64,000 nucleotides of DNA. It comes from Gammaproteobacteria bacterium. Lineage in GTDB: Bacteria > Pseudomonadota > Gammaproteobacteria > SZUA-140. The stretch spans positions 139,268 through 203,267 of the forward strand of contig JADJQS010000008.1 in the NCBI GenBank assembly GCA_016712635.1, written 5' to 3'. The position numbers and the translations under genes were made by a program. The notes below the pieces were generated by a model. The model saw only the letters and a list, made by a program, of their open reading frames with translations, ran no database searches and was not told where the DNA came from. Shown piece by piece: positions 1-10,769 of the stretch (its first letter is position 1; the number at the start of each line of letters is the position of its first letter).

Positions 1-313
1 GTATCAGCAGGCGCTTGACCTCGGTCTCAAGCCGTTCGTCCTCCTGCCGGACCCGTTTCAGCTCTTCCTGCGCCAGCGCGCGCACGGCGGGATCCTTGTC
101 TCCGAGCATCTCCTCCGTCGCGGCGATCTCGGCGCGGTTGTCGCGGTAGGCGTCGAAGGCGGAGATGAGCGGGCCGAGCTGGGCGAATTCCCTGGACAGC
201 TCGCGGAAACGCTGCGTCTGGGCGATGGTGCCGGCGTCTGACAGCAGCGCCTGCAGTTCCTGCAGGCGCTCGGCCAGTGAGTCCAGCTTGCGCTCGATGG
301 ACGGCGTCAACAC
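1..313 (-). CDS. prfA: peptide chain release factor 1, N-terminal part (gene continues beyond the window start); GTG/TTG start immediately after the hemA stop
   Basis: Minus-strand translation of 1-310 reads TPSIERKLDSLAERLQELQALLSDAG..., which matches the PrfA N-terminus. hemA-prfA order is conserved. Confidence 0.8.
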   Translation of the reverse strand, partial: MLTPSIERKLDSLAERLQELQALLSDAGTIAQTQRFRELSREFAQLGPLISAFDAYRDNRAEIAATEEMLGDKDPAVRALAQEELKRVRQEDERLETEVKRLLI

Positions 314-316
314 GGA

Positions 317-1606
317 TTACTCGTCCGGATCCTTCAGGTCGAGCAGCTCGCGCGCGGCGCGCAGCAGGTCGTTGCGCCCCTCGAAGCCGGCACGGCGCAT
401 CTGCGCCGTCAGGTCGTGCGCGAGCTTGTTGGTCAGCGCGTAGGCGAGGAGCGCGAGGACCTTGTCGGGATCGGCGCCGCTGCGCAGCATGCGGCGGGCC
501 TTTTCCAGTTCTCCCTCGCGCAACGCCTCGGCATGATCGCGGTATGCGCGGATGGCGGTGACGGCGTCGAGCGAGCGCAGCCAGCCCATGAAGCGCAGGG
601 TCTGCGCATCGATGATGTCCTCCGCCTGCAGCGCGGCCTGCTGGCGCGAACGCAGGCCCTCGTCGATGATCTCCTTGAGGTCGTCCACGGTGTAGAGGTA
701 GACGTCGTTGAGCGAGCCCACCTCGGGCTCGATGTCGCGCGGCACGGCGATGTCGACCATCAGCATGGGCCGGTGCCGGCGCGCCTTGACCGCGCGCTCC
801 ACCGCGCCCTTGCCGAGGATGGGCAGCTGGCTCGCGGTAGAGGAGATCACGATGTCGGCTTCGGCGAGGTAGGCCGGGATCTCGGCCAGCGTGATGGCCA
901 GCCCGTTGACGGCTTTCACCAGGTTCTCGGCGCGCGCCAGCGTGCGGTTGGCGATGATCAGGCGCTGGATGCCGTTTTCGCGCAGATGGCGCGCGGCCAG
1001 CTCGATGGTGTCGCCGGCGCCGATGAGCAGCGCGGTGTGTCCCGCGAGCGAGCTGAAGATCTGCCTGGCGAGGCTCACGGCCGCGAACGCCACCGATACC
1101 GGGCTCGCCCCGATCGCGGTATCGGTGCGGATCTGCTTGGCGACGGAGAAGGTGTGCTCGAACAGCTTGTTGAGGAGCTTGCCTACGGTCCCGGCCTGTT
1201 TGGCCGCTAAATAGGCATCCTTGATCTGTCCAAGGATCTGGGGTTCGCCCAGGATCATGGAGTCCAGCCCGCTCGCCACCCGCAGCAGGTGCCTTACCGC
1301 GCCCTGGTCGGGATGAGTGTAGAGATAGGGTTCGATCTCCTCCGGGCGCAGCTTGTGGTACTCGCGGAACCAGTCGATGACGATGCGGCCGTCCGGCTGG
1401 TCGAGGCAGCATACCAGCTCGGTGCGGTTGCAGGTGGACAGTATGGCCGCCTCGCTGATGTGGACGTTCGATGTGAGGTCGCGCAGGATCGTCGGCAGCC
1501 GGTCGGGCGGGAACGCCACGCGCTCCCGCACCGGCAGAGGAGCCGTCTTATGATTGAGGCCGATGGCGACTAACGGCATGGATGTCCGCCCGGCGTATCC
1601 GTGCAC
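317..1606 (-). CDS. hemA: glutamyl-tRNA reductase
   Basis: The 429-aa ORF has HemA features (MPLVAIGLNHKTAPL..., CNRTE active-site region, NAD-binding GAGD). The true start is probably the M at about 1579. Confidence 0.9.
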   Translation of the reverse strand: MHGYAGRTSMPLVAIGLNHKTAPLPVRERVAFPPDRLPTILRDLTSNVHISEAAILSTCNRTELVCCLDQPDGRIVIDWFREYHKLRPEEIEPYLYTHPDQGAVRHLLRVASGLDSMILGEPQILGQIKDAYLAAKQAGTVGKLLNKLFEHTFSVAKQIRTDTAIGASPVSVAFAAVSLARQIFSSLAGHTALLIGAGDTIELAARHLRENGIQRLIIANRTLARAENLVKAVNGLAITLAEIPAYLAEADIVISSTASQLPILGKGAVERAVKARRHRPMLMVDIAVPRDIEPEVGSLNDVYLYTVDDLKEIIDEGLRSRQQAALQAEDIIDAQTLRFMGWLRSLDAVTAIRAYRDHAEALREGELEKARRMLRSGADPDKVLALLAYALTNKLAHDLTAQMRRAGFEGRNDLLRAARELLDLKDPDE

Positions 1607-1750
1607 GCCAGCAATGTCTTGGTTCGGGTTTGATGAGCAGGGACAATTTTAACTGATTTTCTTGAGATAAAAGGCTATTATTGTGCTGTCAGACTGTCCC
1701 CGGAAGCGCCTGATCAAGCCTTCCCGCTTTTGTCCACGAAGGACCGGCAT

Positions 1751-3487
1751 ATGCGAAGCTCACCTTTAACTGTTCTGGCGGGAGTCCTCTGTGCGGGGCT
1801 TTCCGCCTGTTCCACTATGGGCGTGCACGAACAGGGGGCCGCATTCGCGCCGGCGTCCGCGGCGGGGGAAACCGCGCACGGAGCCGCTCCGGATTTCCCC
1901 TCCATAGAGCTCAGCGGCGAGCTATTGTATCAGATCCTCGAGGCCGAGATCGCGTTGCAGCGCCGCCACTACGACGTCGCCGGGGCGCGTTATCTCGAAT
2001 TGACTGAGGCGACACGCGATCCGCGCTTTGCAGAAATGGCGACGAAGATCGCCATCTTCTCCCGCGATGACGCCCACGCCCTTCAGGCCGCGCGGCTCTG
2101 GACGGAGCTCGATCCCGCCCAGATCGAGGCGCATCAGATGGTGGTCGTCGCCTCCATCAGGACGGGCGAGGTGGATGCCGCCCTGCCGCACATAGAATTT
2201 CTGCTGGAACCGCGCGAAGGGTTCGAAGATGGATTCAATCTCATCGCCAGCCTGCTGAGCCGCGATGAGGACGTTGCCGCCGCATTACAGCTTCTGGAGC
2301 GGTACATCGCCGGGCACGACGACAACCGGATGGCGTATTTCAATTACGCCCAGTTCGCGGTCCGCATGGGGCAGCTGGCCAAGGCGGAGGAGGCGATTGA
2401 CCGCTGTCTCGCGCTGGAGCCAGGCGCGGTCGACGCCATCGCCCTTCGCGTCAGGGTGCTGCAGCAGCAGAGACGTGAAGCGGAGGCGCTCAACTTCATG
2501 GCGGAGTCGGCGCGGCGGTTTCCCGAGGATACGCGGCTCGGCCTGATGTACGCCCGCATGCTGGTCGACGCCAAACGGCTGGAAGAGGCGACCGCGCAGT
2601 ATGAGCTGGTGCTCGGCCGGATGGGGCCCGACACGGACGTCCTGCTGGCTCTCGGGATGATCAACCTGCAGCTCAACCGCCTCGGCGATGCGGAGAAATA
2701 CCTGCTCCAGGCCGCGCAGGACAAAGGCGCAGGCAACGATGCACTGTTCTATCTGGGCCTGCTCGAGGAAGGTCGCAACAACGCCGCCGCCGCCATCGGA
2801 CACTATGCCGCCGTGGCGGGCAGCAGCCTGTATCCCGAGGCGCGGATACGCATCGTGGTTCTGCTCGCCGGTGAAGGGCGCATGGACGAGGCGCGCGAAC
2901 AGCTGAACACCCTGCGTATGCAGTTCCCCGACCAGCAGAAACGCCTCTACCAGGTCGAGGGCGAGATTCTGCGCGGCGCCGGCCGGAGCGAGGAGGCGAT
3001 GAAGGTCCTCAGCGCGGCGCTTGATTCCAGCCCGGGCGATTTTGACCTGCTCTACCAGCGCGCCATCACGGCGGACTCCCTGGGCCAGATGGACGTCTTC
3101 GAAGACGACCTGCGCGCCATTATCGAGCGCGATCCCGACAACGTCGACGCCCTCAATACGCTCGGCTATACGCTCGCTGACCGCACCGACCGCTACGAAG
3201 AGGCCTACGTGTACATCCAGCGCGCACTCGCCCGGAGCCCGCAGAACAACGCGATCCTGGACAGCATGGGCTGGGTGCTGTATCGCCTGGGCAATCACAA
3301 GGAGGCCATCAAGTACCTGCGCCGTTCGCTGGAGATCAAGCAGGATCACGAGGTCGCCGCGCATCTGGGCGAGGTGCTGTGGGTCTCCGGCGCGCGCGAG
3401 GAGGCGATCAACGTGTGGGAACAGGCGCTGGAGCTGTTCCCGGACGACAAGCTGCTGCTGGATGTCATGAAACGATTCGGCCAGTGA
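1751..3487 (+). CDS. TPR-repeat lipoprotein (signal peptide + lipobox LSAC)
   Basis: Long ORF rich in TPR-like helices (YLELTEATRDPRFAEMATKIAIF...). N-terminus is MRSSPLTVLAGVLCAGLSACS. It lies upstream of lolB as in Pseudomonas-type gene order. Confidence 0.75.
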   Translation: MRSSPLTVLAGVLCAGLSACSTMGVHEQGAAFAPASAAGETAHGAAPDFPSIELSGELLYQILEAEIALQRRHYDVAGARYLELTEATRDPRFAEMATKIAIFSRDDAHALQAARLWTELDPAQIEAHQMVVVASIRTGEVDAALPHIEFLLEPREGFEDGFNLIASLLSRDEDVAAALQLLERYIAGHDDNRMAYFNYAQFAVRMGQLAKAEEAIDRCLALEPGAVDAIALRVRVLQQQRREAEALNFMAESARRFPEDTRLGLMYARMLVDAKRLEEATAQYELVLGRMGPDTDVLLALGMINLQLNRLGDAEKYLLQAAQDKGAGNDALFYLGLLEEGRNNAAAAIGHYAAVAGSSLYPEARIRIVVLLAGEGRMDEAREQLNTLRMQFPDQQKRLYQVEGEILRGAGRSEEAMKVLSAALDSSPGDFDLLYQRAITADSLGQMDVFEDDLRAIIERDPDNVDALNTLGYTLADRTDRYEEAYVYIQRALARSPQNNAILDSMGWVLYRLGNHKEAIKYLRRSLEIKQDHEVAAHLGEVLWVSGAREEAINVWEQALELFPDDKLLLDVMKRFGQ

Positions 3488-3556
3488 GCGCGCGGACAGA
3501 CTCCATGGCCGCCGTGGATTGAGCTTCCGCCCGATGCCTTTCGTGCCCCGTATGCG

Positions 3557-4186
3557 ATGATCCGTCGCTGCTCCTTCCCGCGAATACTGACGGGAATCCT
3601 GCTTCCCCTGCTCGTCATCTCCTGCGCCTCGGTGCCGGACGGCCCGTCGCTGCCGCACGGGGAGACCGACACCGCCTGGTCCGCGCGCCGCGCGGCCCTG
3701 CAGGGGATGCAGTCCTGGGATTTCAGCGGCCGCATCTCGGTGAGCGGCCCGGATGGTTCCTGGAACGCGCGTATCCGCTGGGCCCAGCGGGGTGATGCCT
3801 ACGACATCGATTTCATGTCGCTGTTCGGGCAGAGGGTGGCGCGGATGGAGAGCAGCGGGGGCGCCGTGGCACTGCAGCTGCCGAACGAGGAACCGCTGCG
3901 CGCCGCGACCGCCGGAGAACTGCTGGCGGCGAGCTTTGGCTGGTCTGCGCCGGTTGACGCACTGCGTTACTGGGTGCTCGGGACTCCGCAGCCGCGGCAT
4001 GAGGCGACGACCCGGCTCGACGGGCGCGGCCGCCTGTCCAGCCTCGAGCAGGAAGGCTGGCGTATCGAGTATCCGCAGTACATCGGCGTCGGGGGGGCGG
4101 CAGGCGACCTGCCCCGCAAGCTCACCCTGGAGGGCGCGTCCCTGAGCATCCGCCTGGTGATCGATGACTGGTATCTCGCGGAGTGA
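3557..4186 (+). CDS. lolB: outer-membrane lipoprotein LolB
   Basis: 209 aa with lipoprotein signal (LLVISCAS). Matches the lolB-ispE-prs synteny. Confidence 0.8.
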   Translation: MIRRCSFPRILTGILLPLLVISCASVPDGPSLPHGETDTAWSARRAALQGMQSWDFSGRISVSGPDGSWNARIRWAQRGDAYDIDFMSLFGQRVARMESSGGAVALQLPNEEPLRAATAGELLAASFGWSAPVDALRYWVLGTPQPRHEATTRLDGRGRLSSLEQEGWRIEYPQYIGVGGAAGDLPRKLTLEGASLSIRLVIDDWYLAE

Positions 4187-4240
4187 GTGAGACTCCGGTC
4201 CTTGTGGCGTATACTGTCGCGGTTTCCGCAGGCCCCGCCG

Positions 4241-5155
4241 ATGAGTTTGACCGACACGCCATCCCGTAATGAAAATCCCGCCCCGCAGCCGGATCCCGGG
4301 CGCGGCTGGCCGGCGCCGGCCAAGATCAACCGCTTCCTGCACATCACCGGCCGCCGCGCCGACGGTTACCACCTGCTGCAGACGGTGTTCCAGTTTCTGG
4401 ACTATTGCGACACCCTTGATTTCGCCCTGCGCGCCGACGGCGTCATCCGCCGTGCCACGCCCGTGCCCGGTATCGATCCCGAGGCCGACCTGGCCGTGCG
4501 TGCTGCACGCCTGCTGCAGCGCCACGCCGGGGTCCCGGACGGGGCCGACATCGGCCTGGTGAAACGCATCCCGCTGGGGGGTGGCCTGGGGGGAGGGAGT
4601 TCGGATGCCGCGACCACACTGTGCGCGCTTAACTGTCTATGGAATCTTGAAATTCCGCTGGATGAGCTGGCCGCCCTGGGATTGAGGCTGGGGGCGGATG
4701 TCCCGGTGTTCGTGCACGGGCAGGCGGCGTGGGCGGAGGGCGTGGGCGAAGTCCTCACCCCGCTGTCGCTGGACGAGCCCTGGTACCTCGTGGTGTCTCC
4801 GGATGCACAGGTATCCACCGCCGAGATCTTTGCCGCGCCGGAATTGACACGCGACAGCGATGCCCTCACAATAGGCGGCTTTCTTTCGGGCGATCATGGG
4901 GTTAATGTGTGCGAGCCGGTCGTGCGTGCGCGCTATCCCGCGGTGGCCGAGGCGCTGGACTGGCTGAGCCGTTACGCGCCCGCCCGCATGAGCGGGACCG
5001 GTGCCTGTGTGTTCGCGCCCTTCGTCGAGCGGCGCGCGGCCGATGATCTGCTGCGGCGTCTGCCTGCGGACTGGCACGCCTTCGTGGCCAGGGGGCGCAA
5101 TCGTTCGCCCCTGCTGGCCAGGGTCGCGTTACACTGTGCGGGGCGTGCGCGGTGA
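4241..5155 (+). CDS. ispE: 4-diphosphocytidyl-2-C-methyl-D-erythritol kinase
   Basis: AKINRFLHITGRRADGYHLLQTVFQ and PLGGGLGGGSSDAATTL (GHMP kinase motif). The start is taken at the internal Met. Confidence 0.9.
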   Translation: MSLTDTPSRNENPAPQPDPGRGWPAPAKINRFLHITGRRADGYHLLQTVFQFLDYCDTLDFALRADGVIRRATPVPGIDPEADLAVRAARLLQRHAGVPDGADIGLVKRIPLGGGLGGGSSDAATTLCALNCLWNLEIPLDELAALGLRLGADVPVFVHGQAAWAEGVGEVLTPLSLDEPWYLVVSPDAQVSTAEIFAAPELTRDSDALTIGGFLSGDHGVNVCEPVVRARYPAVAEALDWLSRYAPARMSGTGACVFAPFVERRAADDLLRRLPADWHAFVARGRNRSPLLARVALHCAGRAR

Positions 5156-5178
5156 TCAGCCCGGGCGGGAGGAATGCA

Positions 5179-5253
5179 TGGGGTGTCGCCAAGCGGTAAG
5201 GCACGGGATTTTGATTCCCGCATACCCAGGTTCGAATCCTGGCACCCCAGCCA
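5179..5253 (+). tRNA. tRNA-Gln (anticodon UUG)
   Basis: TGGGGTGTCGCCAAGCGGTAAGGCACGGGATTTTGATTCCCGCATACCCAGGTTCGAATCCTGGCACCCCAGCCA is near-identical in architecture to E. coli tRNA-Gln. It has a 7-bp acceptor stem and ends in CCA. Confidence 0.9.
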
Positions 5254-5371
5254 ATTATGCCCGGGCGACGCCGCGGGCCGGGATGACACATTTGAACATG
5301 CAGTGTGATACCAGGGGTGCGCAGGCGTGAACTTTACCACTGACAGCGAATCCGGCGGGATCTTCCGGCAG

Positions 5372-6310
5372 ATGGTGGTGTTCAGCGGAACAGCACATCG
5401 CCTGCTGGCGCAGAGCATCGTCGCCCGCCTGAATCTGACGCTCGGCCAGGCCAACGTCGACCGCTTCAGTGACGGCGAGGTCCACATCGATATCGCCGAG
5501 AACGTGCGCGGCAAGGATGTGTTCATAGTGCAGCCGACCAGCGCGCCGACGGATACCCACCTGATGGAGCTGCTGCTGATGGTGGATGCGATACGCCGCT
5601 CCTCGGCCTACCGCATCACGGCGGTGATCCCGTATTTCGGCTATTCGCGCCAGGACCGGCGTCCGCGTTCGGCGCGCGTTCCGATCAGCGCCCGCGTGGT
5701 GGCGGACATGATCACCAACGTCGGCACCGACCGCGTCCTGACAGTGGACCTGCACGCCGACCAGATCCAGGGATTCTTCGACATCCCGGTGGACAATGTG
5801 TACGCCTCGCCGGTGCTGCTGACCGACATCTGGCGCAGCAAGTATCCGCGCGTGATCGTGGTGTCGCCGGACGTCGGCGGGGTGGTGCGCGCGCGCGCGA
5901 TGGCGAAGCAGCTCGGCGGCGCCGACCTGGCGATCGTCGACAAGCGCCGTCCCGGTCCGAACATCGCCAAGGTAATGAACATCATCGGCGACGTACGCGA
6001 CCGCACCTGCGTCATGCTCGACGACATGGTGGACACGGCGGGCACCCTGTGCGAGGCGTCGCGCGTACTGAAGGAGGAGGGCGCCGCCAAGGTGGTCGCC
6101 TACTGTACGCATCCGGTGCTGTCGGGAGCGGCCGTGGAGCGCGTCAACACTTCCGTGCTCGACGAGCTGGTGGTGACGGACACCATCCCGCTGTCGGCGG
6201 ACGCGGTGCTGTCTCCCAGGATCCGCCAGCTGTCGGTGGCGGACATGCTGGCCGAGACCATGCGCCGCATCAATGCGGAGGAGTCGGTCAGCTCGATCTA
6301 CATGGATTGA
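5372..6310 (+). CDS. prs: ribose-phosphate pyrophosphokinase
   Basis: [54 protein letters not shown]...[10 protein letters not shown] aligns with E. coli Prs. Confidence 0.92.
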   Translation: MVVFSGTAHRLLAQSIVARLNLTLGQANVDRFSDGEVHIDIAENVRGKDVFIVQPTSAPTDTHLMELLLMVDAIRRSSAYRITAVIPYFGYSRQDRRPRSARVPISARVVADMITNVGTDRVLTVDLHADQIQGFFDIPVDNVYASPVLLTDIWRSKYPRVIVVSPDVGGVVRARAMAKQLGGADLAIVDKRRPGPNIAKVMNIIGDVRDRTCVMLDDMVDTAGTLCEASRVLKEEGAAKVVAYCTHPVLSGAAVERVNTSVLDELVVTDTIPLSADAVLSPRIRQLSVADMLAETMRRINAEESVSSIYMD

Positions 6311-6413
6311 CCGGCGGTCCGCGGCCGCGGGGCGCGGGGTTCTACGGGGTTTTTTGGGTCGGTTCCGGCTGGTCGCGGCCGGTGCCGGTGTTGGGTAACT
6401 GAGGAGAAATATC

Positions 6414-7094
6414 ATGAACGTGAGTTTTGAACTGAATGCGCAAGTCCGTCACGACAGCGGGAAGGGAGCGAGCCGCCGCCTGCGCCGTGAAGGCAAGGTG
6501 CCCGCCATCATGTACGGCAGCGGGCAGCAGCCCGTGAGTCTTGTGCTGGACCATGACGCGGTGCGGCACAGCCTGGAGAACGAGGCCTTTTACTCGCACA
6601 TCCTCACCGTCAACGTCGACGGCCAGGCGGTGCAGGCGGTGCTCAAGGATCTCCAGCGCCACAGCTACCGTCCGATCATCATGCACATGGATCTCCAGCG
6701 CATCAGCGAGACCGAGGAACTGCGCATGCATGTTCCGCTGCACTTCATCGGCGAGGCATCAGCCCCCGGCGTCAAGCTGGGAGGCGGTATCGTTTCGCAC
6801 CTGGTGACGGACGTCGAGGTTACGTGTCTGCCCAGGCATCTGCCGGAATACCTCGAGGTGGACGTCAGCAGCCTGCAGCTGAACGAGACCCTGCATCTTT
6901 CCGACATCAAGCTGCCCGAGGGCGTCAGGATCATCGCGCTGACGCACGGGGCCGAGCATGACCTGCCGGTGGTGTCGATCCATGTCCCGCGCGCGGCCGT
7001 CGAGGCCGAAGCCGCACCTGCAGCGGAGGCCGTGGCGGCCCCGGCCGCAGGCGAGGCCAAGCAGGAAGGCGAGGCGAAGGGCGGCAAGGGCTAA
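6414..7094 (+). CDS. rplY: 50S ribosomal protein L25 / general stress protein Ctc
   Basis: [35 protein letters not shown]. The acidic/Ala-rich C-terminal extension is typical of Ctc-type L25. Confidence 0.9.
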   Translation: MNVSFELNAQVRHDSGKGASRRLRREGKVPAIMYGSGQQPVSLVLDHDAVRHSLENEAFYSHILTVNVDGQAVQAVLKDLQRHSYRPIIMHMDLQRISETEELRMHVPLHFIGEASAPGVKLGGGIVSHLVTDVEVTCLPRHLPEYLEVDVSSLQLNETLHLSDIKLPEGVRIIALTHGAEHDLPVVSIHVPRAAVEAEAAPAAEAVAAPAAGEAKQEGEAKGGKG

Positions 7095-7127
7095 AAGGGC
7101 TAAGACACGAGCGCCGGGGCGGCCTTC

Positions 7128-7733
7128 TTGTCGGCGCCGATCGAAGTCATCGCCGGCCTGGGAAACCCGGGCGGCGACTATCAGGATACGCGCCACAATG
7201 CGGGTTTCTGGTTGCTCGACGATCTTGCGCGGCAACTCGGTGTCGAGTTCAGGGCGGAGCGCCGTTTCCATGCGGAGACGGCGCGCGCCGATCTGGACGG
7301 ACACCCCTGCCACTTGCTCAAGCCCGTCACCTTCATGAACCGCAGTGGCCAGGCGGTCGCCGCGCTCGCGCGTTATTACCGCGTTCCACTCGAGAGGATC
7401 CTGGTGGTGCACGACGAGATCGACCTGCCGCCGGGGATTGCGCGGCTCAAGCGCGGCGGCGGGCACGGTGGGCACAACGGGCTGCGCGACATAATCGAGG
7501 TGTTCGGCGGCGCGGCGGATTTCCTGCGCCTGCGCCTGGGGGTGGGGCGGCCGGCCAGCAGCGACGACGTGGTGAACTATGTGCTGCACGCACCCTCGGT
7601 TACGGACCGCGCCCTGATACGCACGGCGATCGACGATGCCATCGCGGTGCTGCCGCTAGTCGTGTCCGGTGAGGCCGGGCGCGCCATGAACCGGCTCCAC
7701 CGCCGCAGGGACGACAACGCAAAGCCGGAATAG
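7128..7733 (+). CDS. pth: peptidyl-tRNA hydrolase
   Basis: IAGLGNPGGDYQDTRHNAGFWLLDDLA. Matches the prs-rplY-pth-ychF synteny. Confidence 0.9.
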   Translation: MSAPIEVIAGLGNPGGDYQDTRHNAGFWLLDDLARQLGVEFRAERRFHAETARADLDGHPCHLLKPVTFMNRSGQAVAALARYYRVPLERILVVHDEIDLPPGIARLKRGGGHGGHNGLRDIIEVFGGAADFLRLRLGVGRPASSDDVVNYVLHAPSVTDRALIRTAIDDAIAVLPLVVSGEAGRAMNRLHRRRDDNAKPE

Positions 7734-7754
7734 CAACGGCAGGAGCTTTCGAAT

Positions 7755-8843
7755 ATGGGATTCAAATGCGGCATCGTCGGACTGCCCAACGTGGGCAAGT
7801 CGACGCTGTTCAATGCGCTGACCAAGGCCGGCATCGACGCGAGCAACTATCCGTTCTGCACCATCGAGCCGAACGTGGGCGTGGTCCCGATGCCGGACCC
7901 GCGCCTGGCGGCGCTCGCCGCCATCGTCAGGCCGCAGCGCGTGCTGCCGACCACCATGGAGTTCGTCGACATCGCGGGTCTGGTGGCCGGCGCCTCCAAG
8001 GGAGAGGGGCTCGGCAACAAGTTCCTGGCGCATATCCGCGAGACCCAGGCCATCGCCCATGTGGTGCGCTGCTTCGAGAACGACGACATCGTGCACGTCG
8101 CGGGCCGGATTGATCCGCTGGCGGACATCGAGACGATCGATACGGAACTGGCCCTGGCGGATATGGAGACTGTGGAGCGCGCACTTGAGCGTATCGCGCG
8201 CCAGACCCGCAGCGGGGACAAGGAGGCCCTGGCGCGGCAGGCCTTGCTGGAGAAACTGCGCGCGCATCTCGATACTGCGGCACCGGTGCGATCCCTGGGA
8301 CTGGGCGACCAGCTGGACAAACTGCAGGATCTGCACCTGTTGACAGCCAAGCCGACGATGTACATCGCCAACGTGGCGGAGAACGGCTTCGAGAATAATC
8401 CGTTGCTCGACCGCGTGCGCGCCTTCGCCGCGGCGGAAGGCGCCGAGGTGGTGCCGGTGTGCGCGGCGATCGAATCCGAGATCGCGGAACTGCCGGATGA
8501 GGAAAAGGCGGAGTTCCTCGCCGACCTGCATCTGGACGAGCCCGGCCTCAACCGGGTGATCCGGGCCGGTTACCGCCTGCTGAAGCTGCAGACCTATTTC
8601 ACCGCCGGTGAGAAAGAGGTGCGCGCCTGGACCATTCCGGTCGGCGCCACCGGCCCGGAGGCGGCCGGGGTGATTCACACGGATTTCCAGAAGGGTTTCA
8701 TCCGCGCCGAGGTCATCGCCTATGCCGATTTCATCGCCTGCAATGGCGAGCAGGGCGCGAAGGAGGCGGGCAAGTGGCGCCTGGAAGGCAAGGAGTACAT
8801 CGTCCAGGACGGCGATGTCATCCACTTCCGGTTTAACGTCTAG
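7755..8843 (+). CDS. ychF: redox-regulated ATPase YchF (Obg family GTPase)
   Basis: [23 protein letters not shown] and a C-terminal TGS domain. Confidence 0.93.
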   Translation: MGFKCGIVGLPNVGKSTLFNALTKAGIDASNYPFCTIEPNVGVVPMPDPRLAALAAIVRPQRVLPTTMEFVDIAGLVAGASKGEGLGNKFLAHIRETQAIAHVVRCFENDDIVHVAGRIDPLADIETIDTELALADMETVERALERIARQTRSGDKEALARQALLEKLRAHLDTAAPVRSLGLGDQLDKLQDLHLLTAKPTMYIANVAENGFENNPLLDRVRAFAAAEGAEVVPVCAAIESEIAELPDEEKAEFLADLHLDEPGLNRVIRAGYRLLKLQTYFTAGEKEVRAWTIPVGATGPEAAGVIHTDFQKGFIRAEVIAYADFIACNGEQGAKEAGKWRLEGKEYIVQDGDVIHFRFNV

Positions 8844-8973
8844 GCGAGGAGGCTGTCGGACGGTAATCTAAAAAAGAAAAGTCGACGACCCGGCCGTTTC
8901 GTACTTGTCGCGCTGCGAGCGAATTCGGTATGATTATCTGCCGCTTTCCTCTCTATCCTTCGCACTGCATTCC

Positions 8974-9050
8974 GGCTATGTAGCTCAGTCGGTTAGAGCA
9001 CAGCATTCATAATGCTGGTGTCCCTGGTTCGAGTCCAGGCATAGCCACCA
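8974..9050 (+). tRNA. tRNA-Met (elongator, anticodon CAU)
   Basis: GGCTATGTAGCTCAGTCGGTTAGAGCACAGCATTCATAATGCTG...GCATAGCCACCA closely matches E. coli metT-type tRNA. Confidence 0.9.
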
Positions 9051-9510
9051 TCTTTCCATCCGAATAATGGCTCATGGCATCGGGCGCATGCTGCCGTTTG
9101 AGAATCAGGTTCTCAGGCGGCGCCATGAGCCCATGCGGATAGCGCCTTCTCATGTCCGCGCGACGCGCTTCCAGCCTGTGGTTTCAGATGTTCATCGCAG
9201 TAGCTCCCGGGGAAACGACGTTGTCGGCTTACAGTAAATTCGCTTTGTTCACGGAGGAATGCCTGGCATTTCACAACGATGTTCCGGTGGGGCGTGGTGC
9301 TGGTGGTGCTAGAGGTACACCGCTGATCGCCACGCCACCCTGTGTTCAAACGTCCGGGTCTCAATGCCTCATACATAGCGCGATTGACAGGCGCGGATCG
9401 TGAATGTGGCTTCTTATTGATATCTAAAAAAATTGATCCGATGTGCAAAATTCATTGATATTTAAGAAACTAACAATGTGCAAAAATTATGGAGAAATTA
9501 AGGAAAAACT

Positions 9511-9540
9511 TTGACTGCAATCACCAATTGTGATTAAACT
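9511..9540 (+). promoter_or_regulatory. putative sigma70-type promoter (TTGACT-17-TAAACT) with an operator-like inverted repeat AATCAC-N5-GTGATT (9519-9535) in the spacer; upstream direct repeats aATGTGCAAAAtt at 9441-9453 and 9475-9488
   Basis: AT-rich 300-bp leader between tRNA-Met and the first secreted-protein gene. The motifs were read directly from the sequence. Confidence 0.3.
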
Positions 9541-9722
9541 TGCCCTGAGTGTCTGGTCGGAAGGCGGTTCTGAGCGATTCCCCGGATGGAAGGTTGTGTA
9601 GCCCAGTGTTGCGCATGCACTCGGTTTCTCAGGGAGGTTTCTCATTAAGGACAATATAAGACACTGTTATATATATAATTTATAACAGTTTCTGCTCATA
9701 ATATATTCATTGGGAGAGACAA

Positions 9723-10745
9723 ATGAAGAAACTAACTTCTCTGTCCTTGGCGCCAGCCGCGATTTTCATCAGCGGCGCTGCCATGGCGGCACCGATCGGT
9801 GGCTACGACGCGTGGACGGTTAACGCGGGTACCATCACGGCGACCTGCCCGGCGGGCCATACGTGTTCCAACCTGGATGCCACCGGCAACGGCATTCTGC
9901 AGCAAAAGATGGTGGACAACGCTGACACCACCGTTTCCTACTTCCGTACCATCGTAGTCGACGAAGGCACCACCGCGACGGACCTGGCCTCGGTACAGGC
10001 CCTGGGTTTCCGCGTTGAAGGCCAGATCGGCATCGACGGCGGCGGCGGCAACAACTACACCAACCGCAGCGTGATCAAGGGCGGCTCGATCCTGGGCAAC
10101 GACCAGATGTCGACCATGGCCGAAGTCAACAGCGGCGCCCTGCAGGCGGGCAGCCTGGCCCCTGTCGTATTGGACCAAGAGCAGGGCCTGGGCTCGACTG
10201 CCCGTCGCATGGACTGGCATTTCCATGAGAACGGCGTGCACTACCTCGAGTTGAACGCCTACTCCTCCGGCGGTGTTGCCGGCGGCGGCACGGGCAACGA
10301 GGGCGCCATCACGGTGCGTCGTTCAGGCAACCTGACCCTCGGCGGCACCCTGACGCTGGATCCGAGCATCACTGAAGGTTCCCAGACCTTGGCCTATGCG
10401 GCCGGCAACTCCGTCACGGCGGTGTGGCTGACGCAGGCGGCCTCGGGCGTCGGTTCCTTCACGAACCGGACCCTCGGTCTGCAGCGCTATACCGTGGTGA
10501 CGGGCGCAGGCGGTCCCAAGACCAACGTCGGCGGCACCTCGATCGACGCGAGCAACAGGGATGGCGCGGGTAACTTCGCGATCACCCTGAATGCCACCGG
10601 CTCCGAGATCAGCGGTACGCAGTTCGGCTGGAACAATGCCCTGTTCGGTAACACGCCCCAGGAGTACTTCACCAACTCGCTCAACAGCGCGTTGGCAGCT
10701 CCCCCGGCGCCGGGTACCTACACCAATGACTTCGTCATTCCCTAA
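9723..10745 (+). CDS. secreted Gly/Thr/Asn-rich protein, paralog A (Sec signal MKKLTSLSLAPAAIFISGAAMA)
   Basis: Good RBS (GGGAGAGAcaaATG). N-terminal conserved module W-V-N-AGTIT-C...C-LDATG-GILQQ...VSYFRTIVVDEG is shared with the downstream paralog. No recognisable family. Confidence 0.7.
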   Translation: MKKLTSLSLAPAAIFISGAAMAAPIGGYDAWTVNAGTITATCPAGHTCSNLDATGNGILQQKMVDNADTTVSYFRTIVVDEGTTATDLASVQALGFRVEGQIGIDGGGGNNYTNRSVIKGGSILGNDQMSTMAEVNSGALQAGSLAPVVLDQEQGLGSTARRMDWHFHENGVHYLELNAYSSGGVAGGGTGNEGAITVRRSGNLTLGGTLTLDPSITEGSQTLAYAAGNSVTAVWLTQAASGVGSFTNRTLGLQRYTVVTGAGGPKTNVGGTSIDASNRDGAGNFAITLNATGSEISGTQFGWNNALFGNTPQEYFTNSLNSALAAPPAPGTYTNDFVIP

Positions 10746-10769
10746 CGACGCCTAGACAGGAGAGTAATC

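Noticed and set aside
27-1412. 461-aa minus ORF overlapping hemA in another frame
   Set aside because: hemA in the other minus frame has full-length homology. This frame is RG-rich noise.
2285-4525. 746-aa minus-strand ORF spanning the TPR, lolB and ispE genes
   Set aside because: It is antisense to three well-supported genes and the translation is Arg/Gly/Ala-rich noise. It is a GC-driven open frame.
8974-9720. Integrase or phage attachment site at tRNA-Met
   Set aside because: No integrase/recombinase ORF and no repeat of the tRNA 3' end were found downstream. Only an AT-rich leader is present, so an integrative-element call is not supported.
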